64,000 nt of DNA from Hemiscyllium ocellatum (taxonomy: Eukaryota), in the NCBI RefSeq assembly GCF_020745735.1, contig NW_026867509.1:2146537-2210536 (forward strand). Direction: 5' to 3'. The translations under genes and the position numbers were made by a program. Below, piece by piece: positions 13,011-25,859 of the stretch (position 1 is its first letter; every line of letters begins with the position of its first letter). The notes under the pieces are model-generated. The model was given only the letters and a program-made list of their open reading frames with translations, was not told the origin of the DNA and did not search any database.

Positions 13011-13959
13011 CCCTCTGGTAACAGAGGAATTTGGCAAGCTTTGAGAAGATTTTTAGCTCAGGTAAAGATTCTGGATGTAAGTGTGCTCATTGAGCTGGAA
13101 GGTTCATTGTCATATGTTCCGTTACCATACTAGGTAATGTTACCAGTGAGCCTCCAATGAAGTACTGCTGTTATATCCCACTTTCTATGTATGAGTTTAG
13201 ACTTCCTTCGTTTGGTAGTGTCATTTTAGCATGGTGAAGAAAGTAGAAAGGAAGGAAGGAACACGTCTGTCAGCCATTTACCGACGTGATTTTAAAAAAG
13301 AGTGCTTCTTGTTTTGGTTTCCAATTACATTAGTATCATGATTTATTGAAAAGATGCAAAGTTATAATTTACTTCTGATTCTGATCTATCTTCGATTAGT
13401 TTCACGTTTGATTTTGAACAATTGCAAAGTTTTCCTTTCATGCAGGATTCTGGTTTCTTGGACATGCCGAATGCATGTAAAATGTATATGAAGGAAATTT
13501 GATTCTGTCCACGCAAGCTGGATTGAAACATTTCTCTCCAAATTATCAGTGTTTTGACTGTCGTAAGCCTTGACTAATGTCAATTCAGCCACTTCTTACA
13601 GAACAATATTAAACCTGTATAATTGGAGTCATGTAACCACATAGTTATCAAGTCTGATATAAAGCACTCTCAGATATTCACACTTTTAATTTGCAAAGTA
13701 ACAAGCAAATCGTGTTTCACAGATTCGTTTCAAAATAATCAAATAAACCACAAACAAATAAAAATCAAAAGAGGCATTCCCGTGCCAACAAGCAGGAGAA
13801 TGCAATTGGAGTAAGTTCTAAATGCGTGGTTTTTCAGTCCATGAAATATTATGAAACCTGACCCGACTGTTTTCATTCTTGTAATCTTGCCTTCATTATC
13901 ATCACCACCATATATCGACATCACATGAGAATAGTGCAGTGCCTTCTAAAACTGCTGCA

Positions 13960-14430
13960 GTACATAGAGTCATAGAGATGTACAGCATGGAAACAGACCC
14001 TTCAGTCCAACCGTTCCATGCCGACCTGGTATCCCAACCCAATCCAGTCATACCTGCCAGCACAGGCCTATATCCCTCCAAATCCTTCCTATTCATCAAC
14101 CCATACGAATGCCTCTTAAATGTTTCAATTGTACCAGCCTCCACCACTTCCTTTGACAGCTCATTCCATACACGTACCACCCTCTGTGTGAAATAAAAAG
14201 TTGCCACTCAGGTCTCTTTTATATTTTTCCCCTCTCGCCCTAAACCTATGCCCCTTAGTTCTGGACTCCTAGACCCCAAGGAAAAGAATTTACTATTTAC
14301 CATATCTATGCCCCTCATAATTTTGTAAACCTCTATAAGGTCACCCCTCAGCCTCCGATGCTCCAGGGAAAACAGCCCCAGCCTGTTAAGCCTCTCCCAG
14401 TAGCTCAAATCCTCGAACCCTGGCAAACAT
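13960..14430 (-). mobile_element. CR1 LINE 3' fragment
   Basis: LSYWERLNRLGLFSLEHRRLRGDLIEVYKIMRGID; tail reverse complement catagagtcatagag. Confidence 0.9.
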
Positions 14431-15839
14431 CTTGGGGAGGAACGAGCAAATGCCAGCAGAAGACTTCGTAGGAACAGCAATATTGCGTGCCATTCGTGGT
14501 ATTAATGCCTTGATTTGTGCCAGGTATTCCAGCCAGTAGTCACTGTTTTCATTTAGCTTAGCAGGCATTTGGTATATCTTACTGTCTGATCTGTCCTCTT
14601 TCAGAGTGGACCACCTTGCTGGTGGAGTCACTGTAGTCATGTGCCGAGTCGGTCAGTGGATGAGTGCAACAAACAGGGTCTTTTGTCAATTGTTTCATTG
14701 TCACAATTGGCTGAAAATTTGAATTCATATTTATGAATTAAATTAAAGTTGCTTTCTCTGCCATGGAGAGATTCGAACCTTAGTTCTCAAGCATTATCCT
14801 GGATCCATGGATTTCCAATCCAGGAAAAATACCACAAAGAAATCGTGTAATTAATGCATGCATGCTTTATCCCTGCTCCGTTCGCCACATCACTGCAACA
14901 CACTAATGGACACTTTTTGGGACACTCTCTTGCTTCAGACAGACACATACACACATGCACATGCACACGTGCGCATATGCAAACACATCCTCACAGCCTA
15001 ATGTTCCTGAACATAAATCTAGACTGATTCACTATCACCAAGCCTGAGTCACTGAGCAAATTCAGCAGCACGAGCATTAGCCTAATTTTCCGACAATAAC
15101 CTATAGACTTTGCGTAATGATGAAAAGGAGGATTGTAGGTTGATTGATTTGCTGAACTAATCTGGTATTACTGGGTTATGTTCAACAGCAGGAATCTTGC
15201 TTGCTTTTGCCATTCCATATCATGCTTAATGAGGCAATATTAGAAGCAGGACTTGGGTCGATATTACATAATAAACCAGGAGCCACTGTGAAATTATCAA
15301 GGGAAACCAAACTTATCATGCTGCATTATTTTCCCTCATTCATCCGGAAATGATGGATAATGAATTGAAGCAGGATTTGGATTGGTGCCTCACAATATTC
15401 CAATGGTAATGCGTTATGTAAGAAATTTGTGTGATTCCCTGGTAATCAATGAATAATGATCAGATGCTTGAACTGAGTTGATGTCAGATCATAGCTACGC
15501 ACCATATTCTGAACGATTTCACGGAGATCATCCAACTTCTTTTACTATATTTCAATTTGTTTGTTGCTGATTGTTTCTGCTGTACTGCAGGCTGTAAGCA
15601 GGATACTCATTACACTTGATTACCTGAAGTGCTGTTACTTCTGTGCCAAATCATGCTGATTATATGCTAGGTTTTGCTAAACGACGAATTATTTTACCTA
15701 GAAAAAATGCTGAGCAACATGTAAATATTTTAATCATTTTCTGATCACATTAATGCAGACAAAATCTGAACAAATACTCAAATTGGAACTTTTTTTCCAA
15801 GCTGATTTATAATTTATTTTTGTTTTCTTTTCTTGGCAG

Positions 15840-16715
15840 ACACCGTACTGACAATTTTGATATTATCTCATGGAAAATACGGTCTGTCCAAATGTATTAC
15901 CCAATACCTTTTTACGATGGCTGCAGCGGATCTAACGGTTGTAGTTCTTGACGTAACATTGAGTCATATTCAAACTGTTTACAAATCATAGTTGATTTTC
16001 CTGTAATTTGGCCGTGTGTGCAATATTCATGCTATCCTGGTTTACGTAGTCACTGATTGTTCTCTCTTGTTCACTGTCTCTTTAACTTTTGATAGATGTG
16101 TGGCTATTTGTTGACAGAAGTTGAAGTGTAAATACTGCACCAAGAAGACAGCTTGGGAACAGTTGACTGTATTGAGTTGCATCAAAGGCAATTTCTGGTA
16201 CTTTGTGCTCATGGATGTTTCCTGGCTGGAGAACAACCCTGGTTTTGTGGCAGAACGACTGAAATTCTTGAATCTTCTATTTGGGCATTAATAGAGTTCA
16301 TTCGTACATTATACTCACTGCAGTTCCTTTTGCCCTACAATTCTCCTGTTTAATTATTTAAAAATCCAACATACTTTGATGAGCAGAAAAGCCCGGAAGA
16401 ATCTGCATCGTCAGAATGGCGAGGAAATGCAAGAGACCCAGACATGGAGATCCAAAGGTAGTGTATAGTTTTACTATTTATTATCTCAGGGAATTTCATC
16501 CTGTGATGGACAACTTTCATGTGATACCTTTTTTTTTATTTATGAAGCTATATGGTTACCATACTTCGTACGGGAAATTGGATTTAAGCACCATATTTTG
16601 AGTTGCTGTACAAATACTTGCATTTGTAACTCAGGCTAAGTTGAGAGAGCAGTTCAAGAATATGTTGCTTTGTCCATTTAGAAACATTGCATTATTCATT
16701 CAATTATTTTCATAA
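15840..16715 (+). pseudogene. GPR139/GPR142-like class A GPCR, exon 2, pseudogene
   Basis: After acceptor ttggcag: TVLTILILSHGKYGLSKCITQYLFTMAAADLTVVVLDVTL...VCNIHAILVYVVTDCSLLFTVSLTFDRCVAIC*QKLKCKYCTKKTA...LSCCTNTCI...TQAKLREQFKNMLLCPF. Several stops and frameshifts. Confidence 0.85.
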
Positions 16716-17539
16716 CTGATGCACTTCAGCAGCAGTACTCAAACTTTTTCCAAATTATTTTTGATGCACAAGTCCCTTCGGATTAGTGTTATACATTAAT
16801 AGGAAAATTGACTGCCACATTGCATCAAAATAAACACATATTGTCAGTGGGTTACATATCACAGAAACAGCCACACAACATATTTAGCTTTGGTAATGAT
16901 GATGATGATAAACATGATGATAATAATAATAATAGTGATCTGAGTAGTCTGTGGTATTACTTGCTGTACACATTCCCGTGAGTTGAAGGGGTGGTGGAGT
17001 TGATAATCTCGGGGCTCATAGCAGCTTTAACATCAGTGAAAACATTTGATGAGTGGTTCCAGCTGACATGCACAAATCGTGGTAAAAATCGATCACAAAG
17101 CGAGCTCCAAGTGAGTAGCAATTTGATAATAACAAGATCCACGCTTTTTGGAGATTTTCAAAGGAAAATGGGGCAATTCTTTGTCATCTCCTTTGAAAAG
17201 TGGCATTGAAATTAATACTGAAAACAATTAATGTTGGAGATCGCAGCGAGTCAGACAGCATCTATGGAGAAACAGCAAGTTGACAGTTCGGTTCGAGATG
17301 ACTCATCATCAGAGTAGAAGTGGACTGTGGAGGGGGCAGCATCTATGTTATATTTACGGGATTGGGAGTTATGCGATGTAGAGTGCTTGTTAAAAAAAGT
17401 TATATTTCAGATTAAGTGATAATAACATCGGAATGGCCAGAGAATTGTGTATTTAACTGGCAGACTTGAAAGGGCAGACATTACCACTGAGTAGGGGTTG
17501 GGGATGTGGAAGGGGCGGTGTGTGGGCGGGGGGGGGGAG

Positions 17540-19170
17540 CGGCAAGAGAACATGGTGACAGAGAATGCAACAAATAAAGCTGAAAATAATGGCGCTGGTT
17601 CACATTTTCTATGTGTTGAGCTCAGTATTAAGTCCAGAAACACAACTATCTTAATGAAGACTTCTACCATCTCATGGTCACTCTTCCTCAAAGGATCACT
17701 CTCCACAATGTTGCTAATTAATCCAATCTCGCTACGCAATACCTAATACAATATGGCTTACTGTCTAATTGGTTATTTGACATATTGGGAGAGGAAAAAA
17801 AATCCTTCATACATTCAGGAAATACTCGTCCAGCGTATTGTTGCCAGTTTTCTTGGTCTAATCAATAAGTAAATTGAAGCAAATGCAATAGATATACGAC
17901 ATCCATTTCCAATTTCCTTTACGATACAGTGCCCAATATCGGAACAACTGTTTGGTAGCTGCACATAACGCAATTTCTCTTTGGTATTCTACATTTCCAC
18001 CCATACAGCTTTCACATCGTGTTGGCTCCCCTTCTATTTTACTAGTGTGATAATCGAATCCACCTCACCTCCCTTTAATGTCTTTCCTGAAAATTGAATA
18101 CTCCTCGATGTTGAGTTCCCATCCTCAGTCATCCTGGAGGCAAGTGTCTGTGATCGCAATGATATCACATGCATAAGTAAATGTTTACGCGGTTAATTCA
18201 TCCACGTGATTGAAATGTCAATCGCATTGAGGTACAGACCTTTCAGGTCATTTTGGTTTGAGATATATTGCGATTTCTGAATCACTGCATAATGTTGCTC
18301 ATTTTTATTATTGTCTTTCGTGTCTCTGCCTTCAACTTTCAATTTTTCACATTCTGTCGTTGTTTCTGTCCGAACTTCACGTCCTTCCGAATTGTGCATT
18401 GTTTCCCATTCGCCTGCCATAGTATTTTAAACGCTACCCAACAGCAATAGAAATCACTTCCCCATGACATTGCTTCTCGTCCATCCCAGGTGCAGACCGT
18501 TTGGTTTATGCCGGTCCTATCTTCCCCTGAACCGGATCCAGTGTGGCATCAGTTTGAATCCCTCCATCTTGCACCAGCCTCCAAGCCATCTGTTCCTTTT
18601 AGTTATCTAGTTATTCTCACTCTGGCTTGCATGTGACACGAGTAGCATTTCCTGGATGACTACTTTTGAAGTCCTACATTTAACTTTCATACGTAACTCC
18701 CTAAATTCAGCTCATTGGACAACATTCCGATTTTTGCCTGTGTTGTTGGTGCCTATATGTATCATGACAGCTGCAAGTTCACTCTCTCCCCAGCTCCACG
18801 TCCCCCCACCCAACTCCGCGAGGCCTCAGAATGTCCTTTAGCCGCTTGGAAGCTTCCTTGACGCCTACATCACGGAGGCAGCATACGATCCTGAACTTTC
18901 TTTTGTGGAGGCAGAAGCATCTCCCTGTTCCACTAACAAGTTCCTCCCCAATCACTCCAGCTCTGACAGGTTTTATCCTCCCTCCTGTGCAAAATGACCA
19001 GCCATCTTACCATAACCCTGACTGCTGCAATTTTTTCTTGGTGAACCATCTCTCCCACCAGTGTCGAAAACTGAATACTTGTTCTGAAGGGAGATGACTG
19101 CAGACGACCCCTGCACTGCCTTCGTGCTCTTCCTCTGCCTGTTGTTATAGCCTAGGTCAGACCCCCTCAA
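17540..19170 (-). mobile_element. Degenerate CR1 LINE 5' part (ORF1 end and endonuclease)
   Basis: ORF1-like VQGSSAVISLQNKYSVFDTGG, LKGLYLNA, FLDLIL..., DPLRKSDHEMVE (APE SDH motif). Confidence 0.8.
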
Positions 19171-20869
19171 CATATTTTGAGAAGGTAATCTGGAACGTAG
19201 CGTTTCCTTATCTTAAGGCAGATGTGAGGTGATGTTCCGGGTGTGATGCAGCTGACTGATCCACATGGCTTGAAGCAAAACAGAATTCATTTAAACGCTA
19301 CAGTTGAAACACAAACAATAGGAAATAGAATTTAGTAGATCTTAACTTTTGGAAACTTAAATGACCGACACAGAAAATTAGCCAAGGAGCTGTTCCATTT
19401 CCTATAACATCTAAAAAACACACATCACGGCAAAAGTTAATTTCATGCACAGAGCCTTACAGGAGAAGAGATTTCAAAAGGAAAATCAGTCAAGCATCAT
19501 CTCCTGAAGCATTGAACATTATTCACTGCCTCAGCTTCTGCTGTTATACCGAAAACCAGCAGCTTCTGACTGATACAACAATAGGAAACTTATAAAATCT
19601 TGAACTAGGAGAACAGAACACTCTCCTGCTTTTGTTACACTAGGATATTTCCCAATATTTCTGTATCTCTGACCATTTTTAAAAATAATCTATGGACAAA
19701 ATAACTTTTTAAAGAGACAGCTTTGCCACACTTTTGATCACTCTTCCTAAGTGTTTTTTAATCTATAGTGTCACCAAGTTACTAAACGTGCTAACCATAG
19801 CTTTTTCCATCTCGCTGAAGCTCCAAAGTGAGTCCACCCGCATCTACCGAGCTATCAAAGTGTCAGACAGGGGCTGCATCTGGGCACACATCCTGCACAT
19901 GAAGGAATCAGGGATATGGGAACTGTCCTTGAATTACCAAATTGCACTGGAGGCGCATAGGATCTCCTACCATGATTTAACGCTGAAGTTAACAACAGGA
20001 GCAAAGTTAAGCAAAAGGAAATAAGTAACTTTCATGTCATTTCGTAAAACAGGAAAAGTTAGCGTCGGTGTACAGGAAACAAAATGTAATCATGCAGTGA
20101 GAAATACAAATGAGTTTCGACTCATCAAAGAAAACAGAAGCATCAGCGACAGAAAAGGCAGTTGTGATAGTAACTTGTGATGGCGAGTTAATAACTGTTT
20201 GTAGAGGTGCCTGTTGTACTTAACGAGGAGTCTGAGAGCCTGGTTTATGTCTGATCTGTGCTGAAGTAATCAGTATTCATGCAGTAAGTAATCAGGGTTA
20301 CTTCGATATTTTCAGCTTGAGCAGTCAGAAGCTGATTGTATTCCCAGAAGAGCTGGACGCTTCAGTGAATAATTCTGAGTTGCTACTTTTTGTGAAATCT
20401 CTCTTGATGTTGTTCCCTCTTGTATTGGAGAAGTACATGAAAAAAAAACTGTCTTTGAATTGACCTCTTTGCCAAGAGGTGTGTTGAGAATACAATGTAA
20501 TAAATCAGAACTTAATGTAACAAAATAGAATAGAATAGCATATTCGTTATTGTAACATGCAATCCTTTGCAAGAATTTAGTGAAAATGTTTTTAACCATC
20601 TGCCTTCTGAAGGCGACATCTTAAGTACAAGTACCTTGGTAGAAATCTTGCATACAACAGAGGTATACAAGTAGTTGCATTACTTTACAGAGTTTAAAAC
20701 TAAGATCGAAAAAAGAACATATTTAAAGGTTTGACATTACAGCAAGATAAGACATTATAAATACACATGACATCGTTGCACCTCAGCATAGCGCATCCAC
20801 GTTGATTCTAATCTACCAGCCGTCTATACTCCACTGCAAGCCTCCAGTCCGCTCCATTCTGGCACTCAG

Positions 20870-21543
20870 TTGCTCCAAGGTAAGTTCAAGTATTGCTTTC
20901 CCCATGCCAGTCTCGGTCCAGATCTCGCTAATACTCACGTGACCGAGGCGACCTCCCGTGCTGCTCTAGGTCTCACAGCTCACGTGATGATCAGAGACTT
21001 GCATCCCTGCGCTGCTCCAGGGATTCTGTGTCGTTGCTACCTACAACGATAATTTAGAGCTTGCAAACCAGATTCTCTGTCAGGCCTCGTTGCTCTGGTA
21101 CTTGTGACGCATGCCTGCTGCTGCAAAACGATTCGGTTTTGGGGTTCAAGGGAGAACAAGAAAAAAAGAGAGAAAACTAACCGAAGGAAAGAGAAAGAAT
21201 AGGCGGGGTAGAAGAGCTCCAGCAGGAATGCTTTTCTCGAATGCCGTCTTTCCAGGGAACTGTTATGGTAGTTACTGTGTTCGAACAATTAGTTAGGAAA
21301 TTGTACTTTATGTATTAAGCGGTTATGTTTTTCACTCGTTAAGTTATTCTAAATAATGTTTTCTTTTGTTTGCATTTTAACTTCATGACATAAATTAGTT
21401 GTGTTTTGTTTAATGTTGTGTTATTTCATCAGTCTCATCATATCTGGAACAATGAGTTCGCATCTATTTTTACAATAAGAAAATGTTAGGGTCTTGGCAC
21501 CCTTCTTAAGATATTTTTACGTGCTCTCCTCTCGTCCATAAGA
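20870..21543 (+). mobile_element. Possible solo-LTR relic
   Basis: The 3' end (gttagggtcttggc...ttcttaagatattttt...gtccataag) resembles the reverse complement of the LTR start at 63137. The 5' boundary is uncertain. Confidence 0.3.
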
Positions 21544-22811
21544 ACTGTAACACCGGGAATGAAGAGCTGATATTATAAAAAAAATTCAAATTCCGCGTGT
21601 GTTCAAAGAGGCAGGATTAGAAATTCCTTATTTAGTGGATTGGTGAAGAATAAAGAACGACCAATCCATCAGTTCAATAACAGCACAGCTCGAGAAGAAA
21701 TATTTTTGTTACCGAATCACATCAGACCTCATTGACAGTCGATTGCATGGAGTTCGTGGAGGTGATGTCAATTTTAGAAAAATTACAAGGGGGAGAACGG
21801 AAGAGAAGAGCACAATGCCTTGGTGAAACTGGTTTGCTGTGGTTAGAGCGGTGAACCTTTATTGTAGAGTACAAAGTTCTGTCATTCTCCAGTTGACAGT
21901 TGATTCGCCCACCCCTGTCCTGAGCATTGTACATAATGTAAAACTCGTGGAGTTTCGTGGAGCACCGGACAGAATCAGGAAAATTTTTTTCGGGAATTTA
22001 AGTTTTCCAGGACGTAGAAGTTGCACATGCTAGTGAGTAACAGTAAAACCACAACAGAACCTGCACAAACAGAATCTAACTGACAGTTGAGTCTTCTGAG
22101 CAGTTTATCATGATGGTGTAAAACCTCAAACTAACCAAAGTTATTTTATTCAAGGAATAAAATATGACAAAATAAAATTAACTTCTAAATTCAAATTAAG
22201 GTGAAGTGGAAAAATCTACTCCCTTGAAGGAAGAATACACCTTCCATGACAATTAAAGTAATAAAAGGAAATGGTTAGTTGTTGATGATGGAAACTCAGC
22301 TGAACTGAATCTATCGTTTTCATCTGATTTTTCTGTGAACATTAAGAAACACAGTTTATGCATTCACATAAAATCTTGCTAGAAAGTACTTGTCTAACTG
22401 GGAGTTATTTCTCTCCAAAAATGTAAATACAAATTTAAAATCAAATATTCATGCATTTGCCATGTTGTTATTATCACTGCTATCTAGAGCAGTGTTACCC
22501 GGACTCTTTCTGCTTCTCCAGAACTCCACAAATTTGAAAAAAAATCTGTAAGTGTTCATTGAATCTGCTTTCTCTATTCTCTCCCTGCGTAGAAGAGAAC
22601 AAACCATCTTCCCCAAGTACCAGTTTTCTAAGACAAGTATTGAAAAATGTAGAAAGTAATATCTAAAATTAATTTTCAGGAAATCACAAACTCATTCATA
22701 AAATTATAATCTTTCCATTCTGTACGATGGATTACCACACAATGAATGAAGTTTCTATGCTGCAGTCCGAGATTTCAAGTTTCCCATATCCCTCAACTGC
22801 AAACCACTTCA

Positions 22812-22850
22812 TTTGTTTGTACAGCTGTCTCTGTTCTCTGTATTGCTGTT
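22812..22850 (-). other. Third, degenerate RSS-like unit of the tandem array
   Basis: Plus strand tttgtttgt, 23 nt (acagctgtctctgttctctgtat), tgctgtt. The spacer is homologous to unit 2, but the heptamer lacks CAC. Confidence 0.55.
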
Positions 22851-22872
22851 GCTGCAATCGTCAGGACGTTCA

Positions 22873-22911
22873 GGTTTTTGTACAGCTCTGTCTGTGTTCT
22901 GTGTCACTGTG
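22873..22911 (-). other. Perfect consensus 23-RSS not attached directly to a V end
   Basis: Plus strand GGTTTTTGT (22873-22881), 23 nt (acagctctgtctgtgttctgtgt), CACTGTG (22905-22911). Confidence 0.92.
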
Positions 22912-22932
22912 TCCTAATCGTTAGTCTGGTTA

Positions 22933-22971
22933 CGTTTTTGTACAGTTCTCTCCGTCATTTGGATCATAGTG
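22933..22971 (-). other. 23-RSS of the supporting TCR-delta V
   Basis: Minus strand: CACTATG, atccaaatgacggagagaactgt (23 nt), ACAAAAACG. Confidence 0.9.
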
Positions 22972-23281
22972 TATGCTGAGCGCCGACTCAGTGCACAGTA
23001 ATACACAGCAGAGTCACTTTGTTGTATTGTGGCGATATATAAACGAGTAATTTTCGCTGCAGAGTCAATATCAGCAGAAATTCTTCCTCCAGCTGCATTT
23101 TTGTTATTCTGCTGTCCTGAAGTGTATCTCTGAAGCAGGTATTCCAGAGCCTGTCCTGGGGCATGACGGTACCAGTAAACTGTGTACTGACAGAATCCTG
23201 AATATTTACAGCTTAAAGTAATGGTGTCAACTGCAACTGAGGTTTTGACAGTAGGGCTGTGAGACACCAGGGACGGGGAAT
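22972..23281 (-). CDS. NAR-TCR supporting TCR-delta V segment (leaderless, CDR1 Cys), intact
   Basis: Acceptor ttctccag|at. (D)SPSLVSHSPTVKTSVAVDTITLSCKYSGFCQYTVYWYRHAPGQALEYLLQRYTSGQQNNKNAAGGRISADIDSAAKITRLYIATIQQSDSAVYYCALSRRSA. Phase 1 matches the J donor at 28116. No leader exon found nearby. Confidence 0.92.
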
Positions 23282-24229
23282 CTGGAGAACATATTAAGAA
23301 AAATGGTTTTAGAGCACTGGTTGTGCTGGAAACCTGGAAATCGTGCAAACATTTCTGTCATTAAGAGATTTTTTCTTAATTTAACACAGCTTTGACACGG
23401 TCTTCATCATAATTAACAAATTAATATCCAGATGCTGCAATTTCTTGCTGTTGGCAGAGTGCGTTGTTATTACCAGATTCAAACATCAGAATGCATGATA
23501 AGAATTCAGAATTAAGACTAAATTTCAAACGGAGTTTGCAAATGAACTGCAACAGGGAAGGATCCCAGGAGAACGGGCAAAAACTACAGAATGGGAGGAA
23601 TTGGTTTTATTTGAAGAATCTACACATGCACTACCGATACTGTGTTGTCTGCTTCAATCGATTTTATTAAAAATCTTCTTCTGTATTTCTGTTAAATGTA
23701 CATCTGGGAAAAAAAATAGTTCATGCTCCTCTTCACTCAGATGTTCACTCTGCAGATTTACATAACAGACAATTACCCCCGCCATGTTACATCTTTATGG
23801 TCAGTAAGATCCAACAGAACGTCATAAAACTCATCAGCAGTTATTGACCTAGATGAACGGTAAGTATCTGTAGGCCACAGTATTCGGGAAGATAATTAAG
23901 AACAGTACTGGCACAGCAGAAGATCATTCGGTCTGACGTGCACATACTGTGTCTCTGAATGAGGAATTCAACGACTACCACTTCCCACTCTCTGCCAGCG
24001 GCTGACACACACTTCCTTCTTAGATAATTATGCAATTTCCTCTAGAACACCTTGGCCAAGTTTGCCTTTCTTGCAGTCTCAGGAATTACATTATACATCA
24101 CAAACATTGAAATTAAATTCATTTTGCTTAAGTCGTCATTGATTCTTTTATCTATTCAATGTGTTTGTTTCAGTTCTGGAGCTTTCCACCAATTGGAGCA
24201 GTTTGACACTATCTGCTCTGTTCACACTG

Positions 24230-24690
24230 TTCATGAATTTGATTAACTTCATTAAGTATGGAGGAAGCGAATGGTTTTGGGCCCATACTAAAACTGTTCG
24301 ACAGGACTTCCCTGGTATGGAGGATTTTACCTGTGAAAAATGTTTGGGTAGAATGGGTTTGTTGTCACAGGAACGCAGGAGATTGCAGGGCGATCTGACA
24401 GACGCCTGTAAGATTGTGAATTGCATGAAGAGGATGGAAAGTATGAGTTTTTTTTTCCCAGGGTGGAGGGATGAATTCCACGGCGAAACAGGTTCAAGGT
24501 GCGAGGCGGGAGATCATAGAAGAGGTACGCGATCCAAGTTTTTCACACAAAGAGAGGGGAGTGGCCAGAAGGCGTTGCAAAAGGAGACGATGTAAGCAGG
24601 CACAGTAGCAGATTTCAACAAGTACCTGGACGAATACACTGAAAGGAAGGGAATGAAAAGATACAGATCATGTGTGGAGAAAGTTGTGGT
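24230..24690 (+). mobile_element. CR1 LINE 3' fragment
   Basis: GMEDFTCEKCLGRMGLLSQERRRLQGDLTDACKIV...KFFTQR. Confidence 0.8.
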
Positions 24691-25859
24691 ATGGAAGGGA
24701 AAATGTGTCAATGGAAACTCAGAGAAATGAAGGCCCTGATCTTGTGCTGTATTGTTCTTTGTTCTCGATTTTTTTTCACACTTCACATCTTGAAGAAAAG
24801 TAGACAGAACATCTTCAATCCATCTCCAGCTCCAAAGTCCTTGTACCATGAAATAATTCATGTACATGTTTCTGCATGCTCTCTCCTGCCTTCCCATCCG
24901 TCCAAAATGACGTTTCCCACTAACTAATACAATGTTCTCGTCGATTTCAAAGCGTGTTCTTCAGATTTAACAGTCTATTTGCTTTTGGACTGAATGCCCC
25001 TCTTAGTACAGCTTATGAGACTGATTGCATTATTTTGCAATTTATCACGACAGTTTCATTATTTTATGCCTGTATGTCAACGTTCTGCAACATTCCATAA
25101 CCACACTGTAGCACCAGGCTAACTTTGGAACTATTCGTCTTTCCATATACCAGGGAACTAATCTCGCTTGATTTCACTTCTCTGATAATTGCTTCAAATA
25201 ATTTCATTTCAAAATCTATAACTCTCATTTTGTGACATTGGCTTGCTGTTTCCCATCCTGTGAATTGGTCCCAAAGTCGCACAATTGACATTTGGGTTCA
25301 GGCATTGCCACTTACACAGTAGATTTTCTGTCACTGAGAACTAGATTATCAGGATATCTGACAATTTCAAGTGCTTCACTCCATTGATGAACAGTTCTAC
25401 ACGATTACTGGCAAGGTGTTCTCTGAAATTTGCATCACATGGAGACATCAGATCAAGAATAGTCCATTCAGGGCAATTGACTGCATCTGTTTTTGTGCAT
25501 TCCAAATGCCTTCTCCCTCCCGAACTGTAACTAACACGTTTCTAACTGATTCCCGTTTCCTTCCATTCCCTTCCAGTTTTCTTTCTCTATTTTGCAATGA
25601 CGCCATCACCATAATGAACCATTCGTTCCAACCACTCCACTTGTCAGCCAGCTTCATATTCTGAACTGTCTCAGTTCAAATAAATTCCCCTGAATATATC
25701 TATCTATTGTCTTGGCGCTTCATGTATTGTAAGGCGCTTTCGCATTGAGTGATATACAATTGGACCAATCTCCACATGCATTTGGTTTCGCTATATGGTT
25801 AATGTAACACAACCCCCTTTAATACTATCGATAACTGTGAACCAGGGTTTGCAATTGAA

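Noticed and set aside
21790-22040. NCQLENDRTLY resembling a V F-strand
   Set aside because: No Cys, no RSS and no upstream framework.
22812-22971. CRISPR-like repeat-spacer appearance of the RSS array and other short repeats
   Set aside because: Vertebrate DNA; the units are RSS duplicates and no cas genes are present.
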